From NCBI GenBank assembly GCA_036172245.1, contig JAYWIR010000007.1:1178001-1242000 (forward strand): a stretch of DNA of 64,000 nt. The letters are read 5' to 3'. Numbering within the stretch: the stretch's first letter is position 1; each line of letters begins with the position of its first letter. Positions 38,064 through 50,620 of this stretch are shown here, piece after piece. The translations under genes were made by a program, and so were the position numbers. The notes under the pieces were generated by a model. It was not told the origin of the DNA, made no database searches, and saw only the letters and a list, made by a program, of their open reading frames with translations. This stretch comes from Raillietiella orientalis (Eukaryota).

Positions 38064-41000
38064 CTCGTCGCCTAGATGCCCCAGGCCAAGGATGGAAGAG
38101 CGCACGCGCACTGCCCGCTCACTCCCTTTCTCGCGGGCGAAGCGACGGTTAGCGGCGCGTCGCGCCGCTAGATGGGAGCGCAAGAGCGCCCCGTTACCAT
38201 GCGGACGGGATCCAGGCTCGTGTGCTGTGGGGGCGCTGCCTTTTCCGCGCTGTACCGAGAGACGCGCTCACCGAAGGTCTGTGCCCCTCCACTCCCGGAT
38301 TCGCCCAGGGCGCAGTGAATGGTTCGCTGCTTCCCTCCCGAATTTCCAGGCGAGCGGCGTTCGTTCCAACCTCCCCGCACGAGGAGCGCGTGCGGAACGT
38401 CTCGCGCCGCCCGTGAGAAGGGAGCAACAGAGAAAGGAAAAAAGAAGAAAAGGAGAACCTCTGCGGTGGGCGAAAGAGCCGAGAGGACCCGGTCGGTTGG
38501 TTGCAGGAGGAGGAGGGAGGGGGGACGAAAAGGGATACCTCCCCTTCCTCCTCCTCCTCCTCCTCCGCGCACAGGTTCCGGACGGGATGGCGTGCGCCGC
38601 CGCTCGCACCTTCCCCCACACTCCTTCGCCTTCGGAGGGCAGGTCCGGGGAGCTCCGCCCGCCCCCTTTCCTGCCACAGCGACAGCGTTCCCTGCGACTC
38701 GCGGCCCTCCTGCGATGCGGATCCGCGGGCGAGCGCCTCCCTCCAGAGCGCGGAGTCCGGGAACGGAACATCAGAAAGCGCGGTGGCGCTCGCGAGAGAC
38801 ACGTCCGTTTCTCTCGCGACAGTCCCGCCGGCGGTCCGGCCAGGGGTGGAACGCGGGGGGTCTGTCGCCGCCGTCGCCGGACCTGCGCAGTGGCGACGAC
38901 CGACCGCCAGGGGGTCGGCGAGGCGCGCGCAGTCCGGCAGCGACGGCGGCGGAGGCAGGGCGGCCGGCCGGCCGTCGCTCCTCTTCCCCGCTGCTACGAA
39001 TGGTAGGCGCTGGAAGGGTGTGGCGCTGTCCTCCTCCCGCTCTCGCGGCCGTGCTCCCCTCCTCCGTTCCAGAGGCGCTCAGGGACCGCGTCCGCCACGC
39101 AATTCCGTGCTGCGCGCGTGCCACTCGGCTTCCTGGATGAGGGGGGGAGGGACGGTGGCAGTGTTTTTTTGTCTCCTCGCGCAATCCGCTCCCGGGTGCT
39201 CCGACGGCCACCACCGTGGTGATGCCATCCGGCGGCGAGGACAAAACGACGTGTCTTGCGGAGAAGCCCTGTATTAAGCGCGGGCACAGGAACTCTTCGC
39301 CGGCGGACGCACGCCCATCCGTCGGGCCCCGCCCATCCTCGCGTGCCGCGATCTGCACAGGCGACGACGACGCGAGCCCGTTCCGGGATGGTGCCGGAAC
39401 GTGGGAACGAATCTCTCCCCCGGGCTGCTGCGGGTTGTACGCAGGGTAGCGCGGCCTCGCTCTCGCAGCTCAGGGAGCTTCCTCTGATCCGGGGAGGAAC
39501 GCCCGCGCGGAGTCCACCGCCTTCCCCGATGTGCCGACTCGTCCCGCCTGCAGGTCAGTCTTCGGAGAGCCCAAGAGAGACCGGAAGGCCACAGAGGCAG
39601 CAGCAAGCAGCCCTGGGCCGCTGCGGCGGTGGCGGCGAACGCACGAGCCGCCAGCCCCGGCCGGCGGCGCATGCTCTGCGAGGCAGCTCGTAAGTGCGCG
39701 CGACTGGACGCGAGAGGTGGGCGGGGGCTGCGAGGCGGATGGTAATACCTTCCTGGAAGGGGAGCGGCTGCGCGCGAGAAGAAAGAAGGGGGGGGAGGGA
39801 TATAGGAAAAAAAAAAAAAAGCGGACACGCTGCGTCTTCGCGCGTCACCATCCGCTTCCAGACTCCGGACGGCGGGTTTCCTCCAAGGACAGCCCAGGGA
39901 GCGAGGCGTGCGGGTGGGGAGAAAGAGGAAACCAACAGCTGGGCTGGTTGCAATCAGCGACCCGGATTCACTGCCTCTTTCGCGGCGGCGGTGCGACGCG
40001 CCTGCGCGGTAACGCCGACGGCTGCTCGTCGCCGCTGAAACCTGCCGGGGTCTGCCCGCCGCGCCGACAGGCAGTGGGAGGAAAGCGCGCACCTGGCTGC
40101 ATTCTTCCCCTCCTCGCAGGGAGCGCGCGCACGCCAGCGAAAGAATCCGCGGAGGAAGAACAACGACTCCAGGGAGGGCGCGCCTGCACAGCTGTGATGC
40201 GGAACCGGACGCGGACCGGACCGCCGGCGACGACGACGACGAAGAGGCGAAGTTTCCGGAGATCGCAGCACAGCATGCCCGAAGGGCGCTCGTCAAGAAG
40301 AGACTCCGCCGCCGCCCGGAAGCTCCTTCTTTCATGCGGCAGCGGTTCTCGCGCGCAGGTCGACGGCGCTTCCTTCCCCCTCTCTGGATTCTTCTGGATG
40401 TAAACGACCGTGCGTGCGACGGTAACTCCGGGGGAGGGCGGAGGTCAGCGGCGCCACGCGGACATCCTCTCCAGTCGTCCAGTGAAACCGAAGCCTTCGG
40501 CGAAGACGCGCAGTTTGCGGGCAAACAGGTCGATCTACCGGCCAAGGCGCTCGACGAGGCAGTGGACCACGAGCGAACATGACCCGAAAACAGCGGGGGG
40601 GAAACCCGACCAGCTCCTTTGTGACGCAGATGGCCCGCCTGCGTTTCTGATGCGCAAGATGCACGCATCAGAGATGCCGGATGCAGATGGAGGACCTCTT
40701 TTTTTTCCCTCGCGCGTTTCGCCGAAGGGAGGCAACCGGAAAGGACCCGTGCTCTGGATGCCTTTCCGCCCGTTTCCCGGGAACCCGCTGCGTCCGCAGA
40801 CACGATCGGCACTGCGCGGGAGACTGCGAGAAGCGCTCCCGTGGAGACCTCCGGAAGCCGCGCGAAACGGCCGCTCTTCCCGTTCCGCTGCTGGGAACAG
40901 TCTTTCCACAACCATCGGAAAGGAGGCGTCGGTCCAAAAGTAGCGGGAAGGGAAAAATCACAAGGGTGCCTGCCGAGCGTCTTCGCTTTCCCGGCGATCG

Positions 41001-42004
41001 CGCCACCAGTGCCCCCCATCTCGAGCTGCTATTTGCTGCATTCTGCCGTTCGGTCAACTTCCTCCTCCACCCCCTCCACATCCCCACCTCCGTCTCAGCC
41101 GCATCCAAGCCGGGGATCGCGCGCATGCTCTGCCCTCTGACGACCGGAAGAGCAGCCTCGACGGACCCGCCTGTCCAAGACGACACGGGCTGCGGGAGGC
41201 ACACCCCGGAGTGGGCGGACGGACAGCACGTCAAGGATAGGCACGCCGTGTTTTCGAGTCGACGCGCGGTCTCTTCTATATCCTACCACCACGCGCCACA
41301 CATCCAAAACATGAGAAGCTGCACGAAGCACCTCGAGGGTAGCGACGTTCCTTTCGGAAGATGTGTTCCACTTTCGAAAGCGGACAGGAAGCGACACTTT
41401 CTCCAAGGATGATCCAGGAAGCTGTCCTTGCTGCGTAGCCCGCGCAGCCACAAGATCTGCGTTCTCCCAACACTTCTCTCGGGATCGCCAGCAACAGCAG
41501 TTCGCCCCCCACCCCCAACCCCGCAAGAGGGAAACCGAAGTTGAAGTTTCCCCCCAGTTTGTCTGCAATTAAGACAGGAGAACAGAATGGGAGCCAACAG
41601 CAAACTGGGACCACGCATGCGTGTCTCCAATTCGAGTCAGGAAGCCTTTTCCTTTTAACGAAAAATCGGTACGAAATGTCACGTGCACACACAGGCATGC
41701 GTGCACTCAGCGCCACCACATTCCTTTACGAGCGCCCGGTAGGGTCTCCACGCGACCCCCCCTTCCCCTCCCCCCACCTTCGAATAGAAGTGTGTTGGAA
41801 CAAACACTACTCTGCAAGAGCGCCTGCGAACACTCCGCACGTCACGACGCCGCACAGGAGTGGAGCGGGCGGGAAGAAGGAACCGAGGCCACCTCGGAGC
41901 CGAGGATTCCTCGCTCCTGTGGGGGTGGAAGCGGGAGACAGCAGAGCGTTTCGCCGGACACCGCCGCCGATCGCTCCAGGACGCTCTAGAGTCGAGCTGT
42001 GCCC

Positions 42005-42078
42005 CTCCCCCGGATTCGAACTCGCATCTCGAGGCTTCGGAGGCGGCGGACCTGCTGCCGACGCCGCCGACGCCTGGC
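42005..42078 (-). mobile_element. Degenerate tRNA-derived SINE remnant
   Basis: On -: B-box GAGTTCGAATCC (about 42023-42012) with a weak A-box-like CGGCGGCGTCGGCAGC about 35 nt upstream. Confidence 0.25.
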
Positions 42079-44087
42079 GAGGGCAACATTCGCAGGGATC
42101 GAAAGTCCCACTACGGGCTCGTGCATGCGAGCACACACGGCAAACCAGAAGTGTTTTCGAGAGTGTCTTGGAAAGGCTTCAAGATAAGATAAACGAACTG
42201 CTTACACATGCCAAACATGAACGCTCAGCAACAGCAAAAAAAAAAAAATAAAATCAAAAAAAAAAAAAACAAAAAAAAAAAACAACGTGCCTGGTGCCAA
42301 TAGGCACGCATCCACACGTGCATCTCATACCATTGTCGCTCTTTGCAGCGGGCCGAGGGGCGGCTGATTTGCACACGAGAGGGATGCTCTTCTAGACCGA
42401 AAGACTAGGCTATGGAACCTCCCCCCCCCCTCCCTTTATCGGTCTCTTGAAAAAACAGCGGATGAACCTGGAAAAAGTAAAAAAAAATAAAAGATCATCT
42501 GATCGTTCTGGAACACTGAATCATTTCACGCTGATTGTTAAGGACCCCGTGCTGGAAGGTGGGGAAGAGTTTCCAGACTCCCAGCTGCCAGGCGATGCAC
42601 CGCTTCAAAGCCGCACCGCCGTGTTGCTCCTGGCTCCTCCTCCCCCCGCTTTAATTTTTTCCTGCCGTCCGATCGGAATCACCGTTCCTGCTTCCGTCCA
42701 TGGAGCCGTCGATGGGAACCCCTTCCAGCTCCCCCCCCCCCCATAAAGCTCCAATAAGATGGTTTCCTGTAACTTTGTATTCAAATGTGAATATGCGGGG
42801 GGGGGGGGAGAAGCCAACCTATACACATCAATCCAAGAACGATTCGCTTTTCAAGGAAGGGGAAAAGGGGGGGGGGAACGAAGCAAACGTTCTTCTTGGT
42901 GAATGAATTCGTTTCAAAGGGGGATCCCAATTTGCACTACAGAAGGTGGCAATCCTGCGGCGGACGCTGTTGAGGAAGAGGTGCAAGAAGAATTCGAATT
43001 CAAAATCAACGGTGAAACACAGAACGGTGGGTGCACTTCCAATCGGAACGCCCGGAGAGAAGACAGCGCACTTTCGCGTGCCGCAGCGAAAAGCATACAA
43101 AAGAAAGCTTTCCTCCTCCCCACAAACCCCTCCCCTGTGTGCCAACACCTTGCACGCAGGAAATAACGGAACTTCCGAACTGTGCACCGCGCTGAATCCA
43201 CGAGTGGCTGCGATTCGGCAACCACCGCATCCCCAAAAAATTCGAGAAAAGGGTCCAAAGATCGAAACGGGGTTTCTCATCGCGCGGCCCGAGTGGCTGC
43301 GCACCCCCTCTCTAGCTCGCTCTCTTCCCTCCGAAGGAATCTGAAGCTTTTTTCTTTTCTTTCATTCTTCCTTCAATTCTTCTTCCCGCCCGCTTGCGCA
43401 GCATTCCAAAGCAGAATATGATATTACGGCGTGGCGCACGGACACACGCGGCTTTGCAACGTAAAAGCGGCTTTAATTTCTCGCGATTAAAAATTGCATC
43501 ACATGTTCGCACGTTCTTGTTTGGCAACGCGATCAACTGTTATCGTCAAAGATTCCAATAGACCTGAGTTTTCACGGCGGCCGCGCTTTTCGGGTGCCTT
43601 GGCACCCCTACCGCGGGAACGCGGGTGGAAGGCAAGGTAACGAACAAAACAAACAAATCGAACACGCCGAAAACGGATCACGCGAGGCCAATCGCATGTG
43701 GATGACAAATATATATATGTGTATATAGTTCTCCTCGAACCGCTCGAGCTTATTCTGCAAGGAAGGAGTCCCACAACGTATGTACATGTATTTGGTCTAA
43801 CTTTCCCTTCCTCGTCGCCCCACAAAGTTCGAGGCAAAACGGTTGCCATCGTGACAGGAACAAGAACACGCTCTGGACCGAAGACCTTGAACGCAAAAAT
43901 AGACGATCTGCGTTCTCGGAAGCGAAGTTGCACAACCTTCAGCCACCACAGGAGAGGATCCTGAGGACCCGTTCGCACGGACAAACAAACAAACAGCGTG
44001 CACGAGGTCAAGGGGCGGTGCACGCGACCACCTCGCGCGCGCACAGCGCAGTTTCGAGCATCTGGTACTTGGCTTTGCGTCTCTTAC

Positions 44088-44354
44088 CTGCGTCTGCCTG
44101 CGCAGAGGAACGGAACGTTCGCGCAGCGTCTGACACATAAGTACGCAGATGAGGATGGTGCCCACTACGAGGCAGCCCAGCCCAATGTATCTGAAGGGTT
44201 TCAGGGTGGGCTCGTCGAATCCCAGCCAGTTGCACAGGACTCCGAAGCAGATGGAGAACGATCCGTAGCGGTACGCAATCCGCGAGTTGCGGCTGTTCCT
44301 GTGCCAGGAGTTGAAGGTGTTGGAGAAGCTGGAAGGGGCCTCTCCTTCCGACAT
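44088..44354 (-). CDS. First coding exon of an uncharacterised two-transmembrane protein with C-terminal PPxY motifs
   Basis: ATG at 44354; 89 codons with two hydrophobic segments (YGSFSICFGVLCNWLGF; YIGLGCLVVGTILICVLMC) joined by a short loop; ends at a strong phase-0 donor CAG|GTAAG (44087). Confidence 0.7.
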
Positions 44355-44962
44355 GGTGGACGGGCGGAGTGGTGGATGGAGCTGCTAGTCAGACATGGCT
44401 AGGGAGACACATGCTGAAACATTCCGATTCACTGCGGTTCGAAGCGGGGAGGCGTCTCGCAGCTAACGCTTCACACGTGAGACAATGGCTGGCGGCACAC
44501 ATGCTGGACACCCGAAAAAAAGGAAAAAAACTGCGAGCACTGACGGCTTACGCTGGCGCTGCAAACACACACGGGGCACACGGGGCACGCGCAGCAGGCG
44601 CTCCCTCACGATGCGCACAAACGCGTGGATCCTGACGTGCTATCGGAAAGAGCAGTACGTCCGCCGCCGCTTCGCGCTTGCGCAACAGGAGTTTTTACTA
44701 CTTCCGCAGACTCTCGTTTTCCAGCGGCGGCTCGCCCGTGATCAATATTGCCGAAACGGAAAAAAATTTGCTCAAGGTGGTGGCCGAGAGAGCCTCGGAG
44801 GGTCGTTTCGAACAGCGTTTCGAGTCGACGGGAGGAACGCCACGTTATCGGAATTTCCGGAGGATTCGGCGGCGCGGAACTGATTGCGGAAAACGACCAC
44901 CGGCGTGCTCCTCCATCCCTCACTTTTTTTTTTTTTTTCGGCCCCGCCGCTTTCGTCATCGC

Positions 44963-45108
44963 GATGTTATCATCATCATCGTCGTCGTCATCTTCATCGT
45001 TATTATCATTGACGAAGCTCGGTTCGAAACCAGCTCGAATGGCGACCCGACACCGCTGCCCCCTGATGCGACGCGAGCATTTCGACGACGGCGACGACGA
45101 CGACGGCG
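44963..45108. repeat. Imperfect trinucleotide repeats (ATC/GTC)n and (GAC/GGC)n
   Basis: ttatcatcatcatcgtcgtcgtcatcttcatcgttattatcatt and cgacgacggcgacgacgacgacggcgg are directly visible. Confidence 0.8.
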
Positions 45109-47549
45109 GGGGGACGTTTATCGTTCACTGGAAGTGGTGCCGGCGTGGATGCTGAAAATCAGGAAGCCTGAAGATCCAAACCACGAAGAGCTGCGTGGCT
45201 CCTTCCGAGTTTTTCTCGGCTACGCGTCCGGTCACGGCGTTCAGTTACCCGTCACGTTAATAGATGGCGCTTCCCTCCGAGAGCGCCATCTATTATCCGA
45301 CTGGATTACCGTAAGGCTGCTGTCGTAAGCCTTCACATTCTTTCCACGTGTGGGAGAGAAAGGATCGAGGAAGAACACCCGCGACCTTAAGAATTCTCTT
45401 CCTCCCCCTCCTCCTCCTACCCTCTTTCCTTTCTACTCTGTTTACAGTTTGCGTGAGTGGCCTCAGCACGTCCGCTTCCACGACTCCCATCTGGGACGTC
45501 CTGCGAAAGGGCCATCCGTCAAAGCAGATGCAAGCGAGAATTCCGGACTCGACAGCAGACAGCGCAAACCAGGTCGCTGTCGCGACCTGGTTTCCCCACT
45601 CCCGTAAGCGGGAAGCGAAAAACCTCAGCATTGGCAGGCAAGTGTTCGCCGTGAAGACGACCCGAGACTTTGCGCGATAAATCTTGGGGAGAAGGGTGGG
45701 TGGGAGGGGAGGAGAGGGGTTTACGACGCAGCGGCCATGAATGAGCCTACTCCCTCCGACCTACGGAACTCACCGAAAACTGCTGCTCGCACGAGCGGTT
45801 TCCACGGCGGGTCAGGACGAGGCCGAAGGAACTTCACGTGCAGCAGCAGCGCTCGCCGATGCAGCGGCGGCGGGAGGGCGCGAGACGCTGCGCATAGGCG
45901 TGGCGCAGCTAACCATCTGCTGCCTCCATGCACCTTCTCCTCGGCGTTCGTGCCACTTCGCACGCTCACCGCGCGTTTCCACTTCGAGGATTTCCGTCCA
46001 CCGGTGGTCGCTTTCGAAAGCGCTCCAGCGTGCACACCCGAAAGAACGCACCCATCTGTCCATGGCTACTAGGGGGATGTACGCCCCGTTTCCGTATACG
46101 GAGGGGGCGAGGGGAGGTGGAACCCGGGCAAAGTTCCTTCTCTCCCTCTCCTCCCCGCTTCCCGAAACGTGCCGACAGAGCACGTAGCTTTCTTGGCTTC
46201 TTCGGCTCGGCATGCAAAGGGCCGGAGGGCAAGGGGTACCTTCTCTGTCCGTCGCCGAGTGCGCCAACCATTCCTGGAGTCACCGCCTTTGCTGACAGCG
46301 TGCCGAGCACGAAGCGTGAGCTGTTTCTGGCTGCCGGATCTTGCAAAAGTTGCGATTCTGACTCTGCTTATCAAGTCACCACCCTACCTGACCCATATCT
46401 TGGCCCCGGCGGTTCCTCAGGTCTCATACCCTCTCTCCCCTCCCTTTCCAGCGGCCTCTCTGGCACCAGCCTTCCGGAACTCCTCATTCGATACGTGTCC
46501 AAGAAGTTCCCTCAGACATGTTGGACCCTTATCGGATTCTCCACGTTTCCTGGAAGTAGCCTCAAACTTGTCGCCAGTTCTATTTCCAGCAGGACTCCGA
46601 GCCCCATGAGAACGTTCACGGAGAAGCAGTGACTGAGTCCCGCCTTGCTGACGAGCGCCACCTCTGTTATTTTCGGAGCAAACTGTTAGGAGCGATGAGA
46701 GTGTTCGCCAATGTTCGAGTTTACGCCCTTTCCAGATGGAGCCTCTCCCTCGCTTCGCCATGTTGTTGAGAAACGCAGATCAGGGACGAACGGTGCCGAA
46801 ACCGTGGAGCAGGAACAGGAACTCGCAACGTTACTCCAGACATTTGGGGATCAGGAAAGCCCGACGTTTCGTCTCCAGCCCACTCTCCAGTCCGAGAGAC
46901 AGCACATCTCACTCCCAAAGTGCAACGCTCGCTGGTGGGTCTCATTTCTGGTGCAGCGAACCATGGGTGAGCATGAAGGTACCAGGGCAGAGGCGGCGGC
47001 AAGCACTCCGCTTGCTAAACTCTCCGAATTTTAACGTCGAAAAACAGCGATTCGCGGCAAAGGACTGTTGCAGGCGGGATCTGACACGTCTCTTGATCCC
47101 GGCAGGTGTTGTAGGGAAAAGTCACCTTCTCGTCAGGAGCAGGAGCAGCTGGTGAAGAAAATCTGATCAGAAAATCATGCTACCCGAAGAGCGCCCTACG
47201 GTGGAGGCTCGTTTTTTTTATCTCTCTCTTTCCAAGGTCTAGCTGTAGCTCCGTGGACTCAAGAAAGTGAGAACTGCACTTCAGGCAAAGCATGGAGAGG
47301 CGACAGTTACCTTCCTGTTCAATTATGGAGATGCTCTTTGCTGTTAGTTGGTCATTTTAGTTTAGATTACGTCGCGTTGGGGATGAGAGATGGTTGGATG
47401 ATGCTTGCCTTGAGCATTGTGATGGCGCATAGATTTGTTAAAGGAAGGATTACTGGATCTGTTGAATGTGATATTCGGCATGGGGTTGTGTCAGTTGGAG
47501 ATGGTGTTGGAAGCTGTTTGTAGAAATTCTATACTGAACATGGAAAGAA

Positions 47550-50500
47550 AAGGAAGGAAAGTCGATGAGGGAGGTTGAAACACTTTGAGTCTTCGACATT
47601 CAGATTGTTCAGTGGATTATGACAAAAGTAAGTGATCAGATGCATTGATTTCTCTGTTCAGGTTCTGCTGGAATCTGTAGATGATAGTCTATAGGTGTTC
47701 TTTAGCATCTTCAGCTCGGGATTCCTCGTATTGGATTGTCTGTAGCATGGACTCCCTTGAAGATTTCTCCGATATAACACCAAAAAATGTGACAAATGTG
47801 ACAAATAATTTGGATGCATGAAGCAAAAATTTGTTCAGTCTTTTAGCATCGATTCTCTCGCAAACTCCAGAAGACAAGTATTCTAGGTTAAACTAAAATA
47901 ACGTGCTAATCAACCTGGAATCAGTACATATTCTGATTTCTTGAAAATAATTTGCATTAATGCAGTTCCAAGTTTTCATAGCTTGTTTTTCATAGTTTTT
48001 CCATCGCACTGTAAGCTTAACAATGGTTTTTCTGATGAAAGAAACGGAATTTTGAATTTCTTTTCAAATTTTCATGAATAAACAGGATAATATATTATAG
48101 AAGGAGAATTAATTAATGAATCAGGATGGAGAAGATGATAGCTCACAGAATTTCCATTTGGATTCCCATTTTCCTTTCTTTACATCTACGCTCAACCATC
48201 TGAAGGACAAGATTGCTTAGTAGCAGGACTCAATACTTTCGAGTCAGCAGTGAGTTCCTGAATTCGTAACAAATTTATCTTTTATGATCTGTAAGTCCCC
48301 AGAACAATCTGTCACTTTTCTCCTTGTTTATTAGAACAATGAATAAACACTCCATAAAATCTTCCTCAGTGTGTCCGTGTGCTTCCTTATATAAGAAAAG
48401 TCGCATAAGTGAAATATACGAGATAGAAAATTTAACTGGAATTTTTCTTCGTGTGAATTACATCCTATTTCCATGTATTATCTTAATCAAGATTTCCATG
48501 TATTATTAAGAAACATCACATGAACATGGAATACAATAATTTTGATGCTTCCGGCTCAGTTAGCAATAATGCTGGCACCTATGGAATCCCCGATACCTCT
48601 TTGGCAATGCAGTTCGTTTGCTTCAAACTATGCAAGTGAAGAATATTATGCGCTGCATTTTTTTCTGTCAATTAAATTCGTAAGAATATTCTTTTAGTTC
48701 GGTTTCAGCGTGCCAGCAAACTGGATGTATATGTGCGTACTGATGATAAACTTTACGTACTTTGTTTTGAAAGCCTGCTGAGGAGGTTGTGAATTGAAAG
48801 TCTTGTATCAAAATTCGGAGGTACCTGTAGGTACACAATCCAATGTGGCCATTTGAAATTGTTTCGTAAGAAATTGCCATAATGTAATTAGACCTCGAAT
48901 GTTCCTCTATACAATGTCATGATAATTCGTAATCACAAGTGAGAGGAAATAATTTTTCCACCATAACCATATCTATTGAAACTTATCAATTATCCAAAGG
49001 TTAAGGTTGTAGAAGGTAAAGTTCATTAGGTTCAGGCATGTCATCGAAATGAATATTCATATGAAAAGAGATGAGGATGGCTTGCAGCATGTTTTTTCAA
49101 GAAAGCTACAGCCATTCTATCATGATGAGTAGGGATACAGATTTGGCATCCAGTTTTGTTTTTTTGTACATCATATGCTTCAGATACATAAGTTACACAT
49201 GAGCTTATGTATCTGCAGCAAACTGTGGGTAATTCTGTAAGATGCATACCTTCTTGTCTTGGTGTTTCCATCAACCATGCAGCTATCTTTTAAGAGATTG
49301 CAACTTTTGAAGAGTTCGTGAATACTCTCTGTGATTTGGGTTGAGGCCCCAGTCATGGAAACCATCATTCAATATGACTGAGAATATCAAGCAGTTTTCT
49401 TCCAATAACTGCAAGATTGGGAGATATGAAAATAGAACAAGACAGGAACATTCTGTTGCTGTAAAAAGGAACAGCTTTTGTGTAATTGAATAGTCTCTGC
49501 TCTGAAGCAATATGGGCACGTTTTTGAAGGATTAGGCATGCTAACTTGTCTTCAAGGTGCATCTCGATGTGATGTATTTCCTGTGAGAAGAAGTTCGATT
49601 CAAGGATTCACATGTTGCTTGGGAAGATTCCATTGCTTGCTCATGGATGCTGTTGTCAGTATGATGAGTGAGTGTAGGGTGGGTTTCATAAGAATATTCT
49701 GGAGCTTTTACTGTGAAAGTTCAGTTCTCTAAAGCCACGAGTGCTTTGAATGTAGCAATGTATGATAAGTGCAATTTATGGACATGGTAATAAGGAGAAT
49801 GCAAGTTGGTTGCATGTAAATAGTTCTGGAAGTTTAATACTTGAAGGAATCCTAATAGGAATTGTTAATGATGTCTTGACATGGTCAGGATTCAAGAATG
49901 AGAACTTTAACCAGAATAAAGATTAGGAGCATTATGAAGATAAGGAGCAGTTGTGCTGTGATGTGAAGTGAGGAGAGGCATATACAATTATTACTGAAAG
50001 CTCATTTAGATTTCAAGTGGACTTTGCCTTCTCACTTGAATTTCTCAGCATGCAGATGAAGAGGATTTTGGGCAGGATCCATAATTTGCTTTTACATATT
50101 TGTGTAATGTCATTGTTTCAGTGCACAATGCTAACTGTATTGTAAGATGTAAAGTGAATATGCTTCACCCTCTGTTTCAATCTCTCCTGGCTTACAATGA
50201 AGGACTGGTTGATTTCTTGTGTTTCATTCAACTGCATGTTTAGAGACTTGTTTAACCTTCTTGTGTGCTTCAAGAACCATGTTTTAACAAATGTGCAGAA
50301 GAACAGATGGCAGAAGGCATTCAGGCATTTCTCAACCTGATCAATGGATGCTACTCTTCAAAGGTTATCCCACTCTCACTCATGTATGGAGTCACACCAT
50401 TATTTTCTAAAATACTGGGCTTCATTATCTATCAATTAGTTAAATAATAGTGCTCATCTTGGTTATAAGATTATCCAACCTACCAGCTGTGACCCAAGCA

Positions 50501-50620
50501 AACTGATAGTAAGAGTAATGTACCTGAAAGTAACAGATTTCAAAAATAAAAATACCATGTTCATCACCATTACTATCACAGATAAGCAAATTTTATGCTA
50601 ATGGACTTATACCTCATTTA
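47550..50620 (-). pseudogene. AT-rich, CpG-void decayed coding-like island of unknown identity
   Basis: Protein-like fragments on - broken by many stops and frameshifts; a candidate 32-nt GT-AG intron at 50555-50524; no CpG seen from 49740 to 50620. No family confidently recognised. Confidence 0.3.

Noticed and set aside
39274..41019. 581-aa ORF and other long overlapping ORFs (53078-54604, 62186-63436, 35911-37029)
   Set aside because: Arg/Pro/Gly/Ser-rich, open in several frames on both strands, with no domain motifs; this is expected from very high GC content. The 62.2-63 kb stretch has only faint RT-like traces.
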